From Solirubrobacteraceae bacterium (GTDB lineage: Bacteria; Actinomycetota; Thermoleophilia; Solirubrobacterales; Solirubrobacteraceae), in contig JAVKSP010000001.1 of assembly GCA_039583645.1 (NCBI GenBank), positions 12,360-76,359 on the forward strand: DNA of 64,000 nt, given 5' to 3'. Below the pieces are notes generated by a model. The model saw only the letters and a program-made list of their open reading frames with translations. It was not told the DNA's origin and ran no database searches. Position numbers and translations under genes: made by a program. Position 1 is the first letter of the stretch, and every line of letters begins with the position of its first letter. This document shows, piece by piece, positions 1-8,821 of the stretch.

Positions 1-338
1 GTGTCAGACAGCCCACCGGCCCTGAGGCCGCGCACCACCACGCTGATCTCCGTAGACGGCACGCCCAGCAGGACGTAGTCGGCGCGCTCGACGCCGGCTT
101 CGGCCGGCTCGATCCGAAGCTCACGCGGCAGCTCGACGCCAGAGAGGTAGGCGCGATTCTCGCGATCTTCGCGAAGCCGTCCGGCCTGCTCGGGCACTCG
201 GGTCTGCAGCGTGGTTCGAAGACCTCCGCGCGCGAGCAGCACCGCGACCGCGGTGCCAAAGGAGCCGGCTCCGATTACGACGGCGCGCCTGGTGCCAGGC
301 GCCGGGAGATGAATCGAGCGCCGCGGTGCTGGTGGCAT
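1..338 (-). CDS. gpsA: NAD(P)H-dependent glycerol-3-phosphate dehydrogenase, N-terminal part (runs off window)
   Basis: Not in the ORF track. Manual translation from ATG at 338 gives MPPAPRRSIHLPAPGTRRAVVIGAGSFGTAVAVLLARGG...ENRAYLSGVELP, with the Rossmann GAGSFG and EN.YL.GV.LP motifs of GpsA. Confidence 0.9.
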   Translation of the reverse strand, partial: MPPAPRRSIHLPAPGTRRAVVIGAGSFGTAVAVLLARGGLRTTLQTRVPEQAGRLREDRENRAYLSGVELPRELRIEPAEAGVERADYVLLGVPSTEISVVVRGLRAGGLSD

Positions 339-381
339 CGCGCGAGCCTAGCGGGCGCTTCGCGTCGCGGACGCAGCGACA

Positions 382-423
382 GCATGTTGCGCGCCGGTTT
401 CGACGGCATGTTGCGCGCCGGTT
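382..423. repeat. 18-bp direct repeat GCATGTTGCGCGCCGGTT, two copies, 24-bp period, upstream of gpsA
   Basis: Identical copies at 382-399 and 406-423 in the 96-bp intergenic gap. Confidence 0.85.
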
Positions 424-434
424 CAGGCGTTTGG

Positions 435-902
435 CTAGGCGGCGCCGCGAGCGCGCGGCTGCGTTTGGAGACCTGCCTGATCCTCGCGCGCCACTGCTTC
501 GGCGAGCCCGCCAGCCGCCGCCGCCATTTCGCCAAAGGCGTCGGCCACGTCGGCTGCGTTAGTACTCGTGATGGCCCGATTGAGCCCGGCGACCGCGCGG
601 TCGAATCTCTCCCACAGTTCCACCGGCCCCCGGCGACCGGTCCCCGGCCGCAGCTCGTAGGGCGGTTCAGCGCCCTCGGCGCCGGGCACCGGGCGCCAGA
701 GCAGGCCGGCTGCGTGGGCGTGCTCCCAAGTGATCTGTTCGCGTTCGGCCGCCGCCGCGAGGTCGCGCAGGCGGTTTGCGAATCCGGCGTCCGGAGGAGC
801 GAGCTTGTGAGCTCGCATCGCCTCAGCCCACGCGTTGCTCGCGTGGCGCACGGCCCGCATGACATGGGCGCGTTCAGGGTCGAGTTCGTCGCCGGTGGTC
901 AT
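435..902 (-). CDS. Hypothetical helical protein
   Basis: 155-aa ORF with GC3-rich codons; its ATG overlaps the TGA of the upstream HTH gene (ATGA). Confidence 0.7.
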   Translation of the reverse strand: MTTGDELDPERAHVMRAVRHASNAWAEAMRAHKLAPPDAGFANRLRDLAAAAEREQITWEHAHAAGLLWRPVPGAEGAEPPYELRPGTGRRGPVELWERFDRAVAGLNRAITSTNAADVADAFGEMAAAAGGLAEAVAREDQAGLQTQPRARGAA

Positions 903-1201
903 TCCGCGGGCTCTCCCTCCTCTCTGCCCGGTGCCTGGTCGGCCTGCCCGACCGGCTCTCCGCTCCAGAAGTCCTCTGCGTTCGGCCCCGTCGCTTGCTC
1001 CCCACCCGCCGCGCGTGCGCGATATCCCTCCTCAACCAGCCGTTCGAAATCCGACCGCAGGATCCGCACGCGGCGCCCGACGCGCACAGCCGGCAGCGAT
1101 CCTTGGTCAATCCAGTTGCGAACGGTCTGCTGATTGAGCTTCAGCAGCGCTGCGACCTCGGCCACGGTCAGAAACCGGTCCTCGCGACCTGTGCTATCCA
1201 C
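899..1201 (-). CDS. Excisionase-family (MerR-like) helix-turn-helix DNA-binding protein
   Basis: FLTVAEVAALLKLNQQTVRNWIDQGSLPAVRVGRRVRI motif; GTG start at 1201 preceded by AAAGGT. Confidence 0.85.
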   Translation of the reverse strand: MDSTGREDRFLTVAEVAALLKLNQQTVRNWIDQGSLPAVRVGRRVRILRSDFERLVEEGYRARAAGGEQATGPNAEDFWSGEPVGQADQAPGREEGEPAE

Positions 1202-1307
1202 ACGTACCTTTTCTAATTGAGACAAAGTAGAGCCAATTTGCGAGGTATACTCTAGCGCGACCCGAGGAGAGCAAGCGTTTGGACCGGGGAGAAAGGTCTG
1301 CAAATCG

Positions 1308-2159
1308 GTGAAATTCGACGACGCGGGCAACGAGGGGAAGCGCGGCGGCGGCCCAGGGCCGGACCCGGGCACACCTGCCGAGCAAAGCGACAACGTTGTG
1401 GAACTGCGCCCACGCGACTGGCTTGGCCCGCGCGAGGGACTTGTGCCTTTCGGTCCCTCGGCCGCCCCTGAGGGGCAGGAGCCCACAACCGGGCACCAAG
1501 CTCGCGGAGACGGAGTCGAATCCCCGCTCTCGGAGGAACCGTCGCGCTCCGTCTCACCCGAGGACTTTTGGGGCGAGCATTCCGCGTCAGTTCAGGACAC
1601 CCTCGACCGACGCGATGCCGCGGCGGCCAGGCTCGCAAGCATGCGCGCGCGGGTTGTCCCACGGGTTGGGTTCGGATCGGGCGAGCTGCGACGCCCGGTC
1701 GTGGCCGCAGGGGCGACAGCTGTGCTCGCGTTACTGGTGGTGGGCTATTTGACGCTGCTCAGCCCGTCGGGCGGTCCTGGACGTTCGCCGATCGCGGCGA
1801 CCCTCGGTCCGTCTGGGCAAGGGACAAGCTCGCCGTGGGCCGTGTCACGGCCTCGACTGCCGACGCGCTCAGTTCAGGGCGGTAGCAAATCGAGCGCGAC
1901 ATCCCACCGCGCTCGGCACGGTATCCGGGCCATCCCGGTGCGGTATGCGCCTAAGACCTCCCCTCAGGGACCGAGCACGCGAGCGGTCTCTGCGACTCCC
2001 ACGAGCCAGAGCCCGGCAACCGTGCCGGTGGTGACGACGACCAGTCCCGCTCCCAGCACAACGTCGCCTCCACCACAGACCCGTCAAAGCTCGAGGTCGT
2101 CCTCGCGATCGTTCGGTGCCCACGGGGTGCTCGGTCCAGGACATTCGCGTAGCGGCTAG
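1308..2159 (+). CDS. Single-pass membrane protein with Pro/Ser/Thr-rich C-terminus
   Basis: TM segment VVAAGATAVLALLVVGYLTLL followed by a low-complexity tail; divergent from the HTH gene across an AT-rich gap containing TATACT at 1246-1251. Confidence 0.6.
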   Translation: MKFDDAGNEGKRGGGPGPDPGTPAEQSDNVVELRPRDWLGPREGLVPFGPSAAPEGQEPTTGHQARGDGVESPLSEEPSRSVSPEDFWGEHSASVQDTLDRRDAAAARLASMRARVVPRVGFGSGELRRPVVAAGATAVLALLVVGYLTLLSPSGGPGRSPIAATLGPSGQGTSSPWAVSRPRLPTRSVQGGSKSSATSHRARHGIRAIPVRYAPKTSPQGPSTRAVSATPTSQSPATVPVVTTTSPAPSTTSPPPQTRQSSRSSSRSFGAHGVLGPGHSRSG

Positions 2160-2170
2160 GCCGCCGCGAG

Positions 2171-4015
2171 ATGGAAGGAGCAACATTGATTTTGAGAAAG
2201 AAGCACTCCGTTCGCCGATTTATTGCGGTCGCGGCGGGCTCGGCGATAGCCGTCTGCACGGTCGCAGCACTTGCGGCACCGCCCACCGCACTCGGTGGGA
2301 CGTTGACGCTGAAGGTGTGCGGGAAGTGGAGCCCTGACCAGGGCCCGTTTCGTGCGCATACCCCGTCGCTTTTCGGCTGGGATGTGCAGTGCGGAGCTCG
2401 TGCGAACGGGCTTGAGTTGTGGTTCGGCACGGGCGGGGGCTCAGCGCGGAAAGGTGCGACAGCTCACTGGGTGGCGAAGGCGCCGAAAGGGATCACGATC
2501 CGCCAGGCCACCGTTTCTCGTCTTGCATCCCATGGCGTCAACAATGGTCGGGGCTGGCGGGCCGTTCTTTACTGGTCTAATGGTCACAGGACGCTTCCGG
2601 ACAACGTCGGACGCTGCTGCAACCTGTACTTCCATAGCTCGATTTTCGGGTGGCGTCTGTCATGCACAGCCGGGCCATGTGCGCGCGCAGCAACCGTCGA
2701 CCTTGGAGCGATCCAACTCCAAGCGAGAGAGACCCGAGGTCCAAACGTCACTCCGACGGGCCACCCAAATCTGTGGGATGAGGGAGGCAAATGGATACGG
2801 GGTGTATGGCCGGTGCAGCTGCAGGCCACCGATCCGTCAGGGGTGTGCTCAGCAAGCGTTGCGTTAGGCACTGAGGTCGTGCGGGGCCAACGCGCCACCC
2901 ACAACACCGACACCTGGCAGCAGTGCCCTAACCGGACATGGACGGCACATGTCGACGCGACGCGCGCCCATGGCGCAAACGGCAACAGGGCGGGTTCGAT
3001 GAAACTCAAGCTGGTCGCGAACAACGCTGCTGGCGTGAGCAACTCGCGCTCTGAGATGGTCCGTGTCGACAACAGCACCCCGTGGATAAAGCTGTCTGGG
3101 CCGAAATATGCCCTGTCGACTGGTCGCACTCACTATGTGTCGGCCAAGGCGGGCGGAAGCCCGTCCGGAATTGCTCGCATCACGTGCACGATCGGTCGCA
3201 AGAAGCGGTCCTATCGAGGGTCGTCCGCTCACGTGGTGGTGAGAGGCGTGGGTCGTCATGCAATCACCTGTACGGCCCAAAACAACGCAATCAATTCGTC
3301 TGGTCATTCAGCCAGATCGCGGACCGCGACGAGGTCATTGACCATCCGACGTCCCACCGCACTGACTGCCACGTTCGCTTCCCTCAACTCTGCCCGCACC
3401 TCATACCGCCGCACCAAGCACATCCCCTTCGGAACTAGAACCAAAATTGGGGGACGGCTCACTTTGAAGGGCGGGCGCGGCCTTGCGGGTCAGACGGTTC
3501 GTGTCCTGACTGCTCCCGACAACCGATCGGGTCACTACTCACAAGTTGCTCGGGCCAGGACAGGGGCGAGCGGTCGGTGGCAGGTCACGCTTCCGGTTGG
3601 GCCGTCGAGACTGATCAAGGCCGAGTACGGCGGGAACTCGAAGAACGCGCCGGTAACGTCGCGACGCGCGAAGGTGATCGTGCCCGCGCGCGTGAAGATC
3701 GTGCGGCTGTGGCCGCGACGAGTTCAGTGGGGCGGGACGGTGCACATCCGCGGTCGGCTCAAAGGCGGCTATCTGCCACCGGCGCCCGCGGGCGAGCTCG
3801 TCCGGCTCAGGCTCGGCTACGGCCGCAGTTACACGACGTATGGCGTCAAAACCGACGTCACCGGCGGCGGCCGGTTCTCGGTGACGTACAAGTTCGGTCC
3901 CGGGTCGTCGAAGATCGTTCGCGACTACTGGTTCGAGGAGTGCGCGCTCCCTGCGGACGACTACCCATACGCCCCGGCTTGCGGCCGCAAGATCACTGTG
4001 CGCGTGGGCGGGTAG
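2171..4015 (+). CDS. Large secreted protein, probably several beta-sandwich (Ig-like) domains
   Basis: 614 aa; signal-peptide-like N-terminus, Cys pairs, VRVDNSTP and TITC-type beta motifs. Confidence 0.75.
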   Translation: MEGATLILRKKHSVRRFIAVAAGSAIAVCTVAALAAPPTALGGTLTLKVCGKWSPDQGPFRAHTPSLFGWDVQCGARANGLELWFGTGGGSARKGATAHWVAKAPKGITIRQATVSRLASHGVNNGRGWRAVLYWSNGHRTLPDNVGRCCNLYFHSSIFGWRLSCTAGPCARAATVDLGAIQLQARETRGPNVTPTGHPNLWDEGGKWIRGVWPVQLQATDPSGVCSASVALGTEVVRGQRATHNTDTWQQCPNRTWTAHVDATRAHGANGNRAGSMKLKLVANNAAGVSNSRSEMVRVDNSTPWIKLSGPKYALSTGRTHYVSAKAGGSPSGIARITCTIGRKKRSYRGSSAHVVVRGVGRHAITCTAQNNAINSSGHSARSRTATRSLTIRRPTALTATFASLNSARTSYRRTKHIPFGTRTKIGGRLTLKGGRGLAGQTVRVLTAPDNRSGHYSQVARARTGASGRWQVTLPVGPSRLIKAEYGGNSKNAPVTSRRAKVIVPARVKIVRLWPRRVQWGGTVHIRGRLKGGYLPPAPAGELVRLRLGYGRSYTTYGVKTDVTGGGRFSVTYKFGPGSSKIVRDYWFEECALPADDYPYAPACGRKITVRVGG

Positions 4016-4074
4016 CGCGGCTTGGTCAGGCAGCCCTTTGTCGCGCGCAAAGCAACGAGCTAACCTCTGTCCCA

Positions 4075-4338
4075 GTGATCGGGGACATCTTCCAACCAAC
4101 ACATCTGCTGTTCCTGCTTGTGGTCGTGCTGATCGTGCTCGGTCCGAAGCGGCTTCCGGAAATGGCGCGAGCCTTGGGGCGCGGATTCCGCGACTTCAAG
4201 ACTGCGGTTAGCGGCGAGGACAACCCGATGGTGCATGAGCTGCAGCAGCAAGCGGCCGCACCGCCCCCGCCGCCTCCGCCGCCTCAGCAGCCGGCGGTAC
4301 CACCCGCCGCTCAGGGCCCGGTCGAGGGCTCGGGATAG
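4075..4338 (+). CDS. tatA: Twin-arginine translocase TatA/TatE family subunit
   Basis: GTG at 4075; LLVVVLIVLGPKRLPEMARALGRGFRDFK is the TatA TM, hinge and amphipathic helix signature. Confidence 0.85.
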   Translation: MIGDIFQPTHLLFLLVVVLIVLGPKRLPEMARALGRGFRDFKTAVSGEDNPMVHELQQQAAAPPPPPPPPQQPAVPPAAQGPVEGSG

Positions 4339-4360
4339 CGAACGGACGTAGCTCGCGGCG

Positions 4361-5182
4361 GTGACGGGACCGCTGATCTCGGCGAGGGCGCTCGCCGAGT
4401 GCTCGACCGACCTAACCCTGCTGGACATTCGATGGTCGCTGGGAGGTCCACCAGGCCGTGACGAGTACGACCAGGGTCACATTCCCGGAGCCATCTTCGT
4501 TGATCTCGAAACGGAGCTGGCCGCCCCGCCCGGTTCAGGCGGACGACATCCATTGCCGTCGGAAGCCGCGTTCCAGGCCGCGATGCGCCGAGCCGGCGTC
4601 AACAACGACCGGCTGGTTGTCGTCTACGACGCGGCCACCTCGATGGCCGCGGCGAGAGCCTGGTGGCTGCTCCGGTACTTCGGTCACCCCGAGGTCAGGG
4701 TCCTAGACGGCGGGCTGGCGGCGTGGTCCGCCGCGGGCTATCCGCTCAGCATCGACACGCCGGCGGTCGAGCGCGGCGACTTCGTTGCGCGGGCCGGCGG
4801 GATGCCGGTGCTCCACGCGGGAGAAGTCCCCTCCATCGCCGCCCGCGGCGCGCTGATAGACGCGCGGGCGCCGGAGCGCTTCCGCGGTGAGGCAGAGCTG
4901 GTCGACCGTGTCGCGGGCCACATCCCCGGCGCTCGCAACCTCCCGGCCACGGGCTTCGTCGAGCCATCCGGCCGCTTTCGCGACTCGGCCGCGCTGCGGC
5001 GGTACTTCGAGGGGGCGGGGATCACCACAGAGGTAGAGGTGGCGGCGTACTGCGGCTCCGGCGTGACCGCCGCCCACGAAGTTCTCGCGCTGGAGCTCGC
5101 CGGCTTCGGCGCGGCTCTCTACCCCGGGTCTTGGAGCGAATGGATTTGCGATCCCCGGCGCCCCGTCGCGCGCGGCAGCTGA
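4361..5182 (+). CDS. Two-domain rhodanese / sulfurtransferase (SseA-like)
   Basis: GHIPGA repeats, active-site loop CGSGVTA, C-terminal LYPGSWSEW. Confidence 0.92.
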   Translation: MTGPLISARALAECSTDLTLLDIRWSLGGPPGRDEYDQGHIPGAIFVDLETELAAPPGSGGRHPLPSEAAFQAAMRRAGVNNDRLVVVYDAATSMAAARAWWLLRYFGHPEVRVLDGGLAAWSAAGYPLSIDTPAVERGDFVARAGGMPVLHAGEVPSIAARGALIDARAPERFRGEAELVDRVAGHIPGARNLPATGFVEPSGRFRDSAALRRYFEGAGITTEVEVAAYCGSGVTAAHEVLALELAGFGAALYPGSWSEWICDPRRPVARGS

Positions 5183-5201
5183 GGGGCGCGGCAGCTGAGG
5201 G
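5170..5201. repeat. 16-bp tandem duplication spanning the sulfurtransferase stop codon
   Basis: GCGCGGCAGCTGAGGG at 5170-5185 and 5186-5201. Confidence 0.85.
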
Positions 5202-5204
5202 GCG

Positions 5205-5708
5205 TCAAGCGCGCGGGCCACCCGCGGCGGCTATCTGAGCCGCCGATGCATCACTTATGTGATGACCGCCGGCGGTCGCCGCCTGGTTGATTCGACCGAG
5301 GCTCTGGTTGACTGCCTCGATCGCCGCCAGCGACGAGGTCGGTCCGACAATCGTCGCGCGCAGCGCCTCGACCTTGTCTGCTACGACCGTTAGCGCCGGG
5401 AAGAGCGATCGCTCGGCCGGATTCCGTCGCGCGTAGCCGGCGGCCTGCTTCAACTGGCTCGCGGCGAAGGTCGCGGCAGCCGCCGCCTCCGATACCGCCG
5501 AGGGCGAAGTGGCGAACTTGCCGTCATGGGCCGGTGCCCAGATGAAGGTATGGAAGGCGCCGAACCCGAGTCCCGCGTGAAGTAAGAACTTGGGCGTCCT
5601 GAAGTGCTTGGGACTAGGAGGCTTGCCGCTGCCGCCACAGGCGGTAATCCCGACGGCCGCCAGGCAAGAAATCGCAACTAACAGGAGCGCTCGCCGACGC
5701 AGTGTCAT
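5205..5708 (-). CDS. Putative lipoprotein
   Basis: ATG at 5708; MTLRRRALLLVAISCLAAVGITAC carries a lipobox. Confidence 0.7.
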   Translation of the reverse strand: MTLRRRALLLVAISCLAAVGITACGGSGKPPSPKHFRTPKFLLHAGLGFGAFHTFIWAPAHDGKFATSPSAVSEAAAAATFAASQLKQAAGYARRNPAERSLFPALTVVADKVEALRATIVGPTSSLAAIEAVNQSLGRINQAATAGGHHISDASAAQIAAAGGPRA

Positions 5709-5851
5709 CGGTTGGGAGCGGACCCTACAAGCAAGCGACCCTGGCCGCACCTGGAGCGATTCGAGATAAGCGGAGCCTCACGCGTAAACAATGACTAAAA
5801 AATGCTTCCAGAGGGCCAGAGGCGTCACGTGGTCACGATAGGCTCGGCCGG

Positions 5852-6787
5852 ATGTCGTCTCCGGTCGAGAACGCGGCGCTCGTGGCTTTGCTCCGGGACG
5901 GCCGGCGACCCTGGGCGGTTTACGCAGATTTCGTCGAGGAGACAGGCAGCGCGCTGCGCGTGCTCGAGCAGGAGCTCGAACGCGAGCAGAGCTCCGAAAC
6001 CCTTTTCGAGCTAGGGCCTAGTCAACCCCGGGTCGATCTCAGCGCCGCGCTCGACGGTGCCGCGGCGGAGCTCGCCGAATGGACGAGCGACGGGATCAAG
6101 GTCATCAGCGTGCTCGACCAGCACTATCCCGACAACCTCCGCGCCGTCTACGACCGACCGCCGCTGTTGTTCGTCGTCGGCGAGCTGCTCCAGGACGATT
6201 CGCGTTCGGTTGCAGTGGTCGGCTCGCGCAATCCGAGCGCTGCGGGAATTAGCAGAACCCAGACGCTGGTGACCGGATTGGTCCAAGCCGGCTACACCAT
6301 CGTGTCGGGGCTCGCAGCGGGGGTCGACACCGCTGCGCATGCCAGGACGCTCGCCCTGGGCGGGCGCACCCTGGCGGTCGTCGGCACCGGTCTGCGCAAG
6401 TGCTATCCGCCGCAGAATGCCGAGCTCGCGCTACGGCTTGCCAAGCGGTGCGCTCTGGTCTCGCAGTTCTGGCCCGACACCCCACCGGCGCGCCGGAATT
6501 TCCCGATGCGCAACGCGGTCATGTCCGGCATCACGCGCGGCACCGTCATTGTGGAGGCCACGCACACCAGCGGCACGCGCGTGCAGGCGCGGCTGGCGCT
6601 GGCGCAGGGCCGCCCGGTCTTCCTCTTCGCCTCGCTGCTGCGCCAGCCGTGGGCGCGTGAGCTGTCGCGGCGGCCGGGCACCCATGTCGTTGACGGCGCG
6701 GCTCAGGTCGTGGAGGTACTTGACAGGCTCGCCGGAGCCGGCGAACTCGTCGCGGACGGTTTGGCCGCGGGCGCCCCACCCCGGTGA
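5852..6787 (+). CDS. dprA: DprA/Smf (SLOG) family protein lacking the C-terminal winged helix
   Basis: YPDNLRAVYDRPPLLFV, VAVVGSR, IVSGLAAGVDTAAH, FPMRNAVMSG, VEATHTSGT motifs; TAGGCT -10 lies 7 nt before the ATG. Confidence 0.88.
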   Translation: MSSPVENAALVALLRDGRRPWAVYADFVEETGSALRVLEQELEREQSSETLFELGPSQPRVDLSAALDGAAAELAEWTSDGIKVISVLDQHYPDNLRAVYDRPPLLFVVGELLQDDSRSVAVVGSRNPSAAGISRTQTLVTGLVQAGYTIVSGLAAGVDTAAHARTLALGGRTLAVVGTGLRKCYPPQNAELALRLAKRCALVSQFWPDTPPARRNFPMRNAVMSGITRGTVIVEATHTSGTRVQARLALAQGRPVFLFASLLRQPWARELSRRPGTHVVDGAAQVVEVLDRLAGAGELVADGLAAGAPPR

Positions 6788-6810
6788 CCGCAACGTACTG
6801 AAGGGGCCTC

Positions 6811-7539
6811 GTGGCGACCGTCTCGGAACTGAGCGGCCCGTACGAGAATTTTATGATCGCCCCGCGCACTGGTGCCGGCGTCTGCACCGCCTGCTTCAAC
6901 CTCACGCGCGGGTTTGAACGCTGTTACTCGTGCTCGCGCGCCGAACTCTGGCTCGCCGCCGTCGTGCCGATCTCCTACAGCGTCGGTCGGGAACAGCTTC
7001 ACCACGCGCTGCGGGGGTACAAGCGCTTCGCCGGCGAGGTCGCTCGACGGCTTACGGTAGAGCTCGCAGCAGTACTGTGGCGGTTCATCGCGATTCACGA
7101 GCGGTGCCTCGCGCGAGCAGCGGGTGTGCCGGGCTTCGGGGTGGTGACGACGGTTCCATCCGGTGACCGCGTCCGCGACGGCACCCACCCGCTGCGGCGG
7201 ATCGCGGGCGAGCTGGTTGGCCCCATGCGAGGACGGTATGAGCCCTTGCTCCGGCGGTCAAAGCTCCAAGTGCCGCCGCGCCAGATCCATGTCGACAAGT
7301 TCGAGCCGACCCGGAAGCTGGCGGGGGAGGCCGTGCTCTTGGTCGACGACACCTGGACGACGGGCGCGAGTGCACGAAGCGCCGCAGCTGCTCTGACCGG
7401 CGCGGGGGCCGGTCCGGTGGGGGCAGTCGTGATCGGGCGCTACCTCAATCGCGCTTGGCATGAAAACGATCGCCGGCTGCGTGCTCTTGCGCGACCATTC
7501 GACTGGAACCGCTGCGTCCTCTGCCCCCAGGAGGAATGA
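6811..7539 (+). CDS. Phosphoribosyltransferase-fold (ComF-like) protein with CxxC motifs
   Basis: PRPP loop VLLVDDTWTTGAS; CTAC and CYSC at the N-terminus, CVLC at the C-terminus; starts 23 bp after dprA. Confidence 0.8.
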   Translation: MATVSELSGPYENFMIAPRTGAGVCTACFNLTRGFERCYSCSRAELWLAAVVPISYSVGREQLHHALRGYKRFAGEVARRLTVELAAVLWRFIAIHERCLARAAGVPGFGVVTTVPSGDRVRDGTHPLRRIAGELVGPMRGRYEPLLRRSKLQVPPRQIHVDKFEPTRKLAGEAVLLVDDTWTTGASARSAAAALTGAGAGPVGAVVIGRYLNRAWHENDRRLRALARPFDWNRCVLCPQEE

Positions 7540-7548
7540 GCGCTCCGG

Positions 7549-7866
7549 TCAGGACCCCACGACTTCGCTCTGCAGGACGATCTCGTACTTGTCCGTAATC
7601 GGCGGCCGGTTCCGGTCCACACCCGCTCGCGTCACGGCCGCGGTACGGATCTCGTTGGCCAGGGGGTCGCTGCCGTGAAGAGCCTCGGCCGTGTCCCAGT
7701 AGGTGACCGCGATTGCGCGGCCGCCGGTGTAGTCGACGCCAGCCCACATCCCTCGGTAGCCGGGCGCCTGCTCGAACTTGGGCAGGTTCTCGGCCTTGAA
7801 GTGCTCGAGCGTGGCCTTAATGCGCTCTGGAGCGAGACCGGGGAAGAGCGTCACCCTCGCATACAT
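7549..7866 (-). CDS. ABM/Dabb-type ferredoxin-fold protein
   Basis: MYARVT...APGYRG...AIAVTYWDT pattern; GGAGG SD before ATG 7866. Confidence 0.7.
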   Translation of the reverse strand: MYARVTLFPGLAPERIKATLEHFKAENLPKFEQAPGYRGMWAGVDYTGGRAIAVTYWDTAEALHGSDPLANEIRTAAVTRAGVDRNRPPITDKYEIVLQSEVVGS

Positions 7867-7945
7867 GCACACCTCCAACTTGTGTCAGCTGCAGCGTACT
7901 GCGGCGCGGCAAGCGCGCGCAAGCGCTGGAGGTGGCGCCTGAGTT

Positions 7946-8695
7946 CTAGCTCCGGCCGAGGCGGTGGGCGCTTTCGACTGCCGCCGCGCTGCCGTCTCGC
8001 CAGGGGTCGCCGTGGCCGAGAAGCAGCACCTGTGCGGCGACCGCCTCGATCGCCTCGAGTGACTCGAAGCACTGGTCGGTAGAGACGTTGAGCGCCGAGG
8101 GCATCACCTGGGCACCGACGCGACCGGTGATCGGGTTTCGAGTGCAGAGCGCGTCGCCGGCAAACAAGACCCCCTTGCTCTCGAAATAAAGCGCCGAGTG
8201 CCCGGGCGTATGCCCGGGGGTGGGGATGACCCGGGGGCTCCCGGGCACGTCCAAGACGTCGCCGCCGGAGAACGTCTGCGCGCCTTGTACCCCCTTCATT
8301 CTCATAGCTCCCCCTGCGGCCAGGTGCACGACCAGTTTGAGCAAGGGGGGGTGCCAGAGCTGAGGCAGAATGTTGATCGGCTTGGCGTCCCCCGATTTCG
8401 GCGCCGGCTTGCGCAGAGTCGGGTCATCGCCGGAATGAATGAGCACTCGTGCGCCCGCATCTTGCAGCGCGTGCGCGAGTCCGACGTGATCGCTGTCTGA
8501 GTGCGTGAGCACCAGTGCGTCAACGTCGCCGAGGCCGTGGCCGAGCAGCGCCAAGTCACTCTGCAGGCTCTTGCCAAAACCCGGGATTCCCGCGTCAACG
8601 GCGGTCAGGCGACCCCCGTCTTCGACCAAATACCAGTTGACCAGCGAGCTCCCGAGCCGGTGAACGCCTGGGACGATGTCACGCGCGACGACGAT
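7946..8695 (-). CDS. Metallo-beta-lactamase fold hydrolase (start uncertain)
   Basis: THSDSDHVG, GHTPGH, AGDAL, LGHG motifs. The reading frame extends upstream of the TTG at 8629 as IVVARDIVPGVHRLGSSLVNWYL with no ATG/GTG; 8695 is an ATC. Confidence 0.8.
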   Translation of the reverse strand: MVVARDIVPGVHRLGSSLVNWYLVEDGGRLTAVDAGIPGFGKSLQSDLALLGHGLGDVDALVLTHSDSDHVGLAHALQDAGARVLIHSGDDPTLRKPAPKSGDAKPINILPQLWHPPLLKLVVHLAAGGAMRMKGVQGAQTFSGGDVLDVPGSPRVIPTPGHTPGHSALYFESKGVLFAGDALCTRNPITGRVGAQVMPSALNVSTDQCFESLEAIEAVAAQVLLLGHGDPWRDGSAAAVESAHRLGRS

Positions 8696-8771
8696 TTCCC
8701 GATCCTAGCCGGAAGGTTAGGCGGCGGACCTGTGGCGGAGCCTTGATCGGTGAAGCGGCTATTGCAGCCAC

Positions 8772-8785
8772 CTACACAGGTGTAG
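8772..8785. promoter_or_regulatory. Inverted repeat CTACAC-AG-GTGTAG, candidate TetR operator
   Basis: 6-2-6 palindrome between the divergent MBL and TetR genes. Confidence 0.55.
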
Positions 8786-8821
8786 CTACCGGAAGTGCCG
8801 CTGCTAGCCTGCGGCCGTCGA

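Noticed and set aside
899-1201. Prophage or ICE inferred from the excisionase-like HTH gene
   Set aside because: Neighbours are housekeeping or secreted genes, with no integrase or phage genes nearby.
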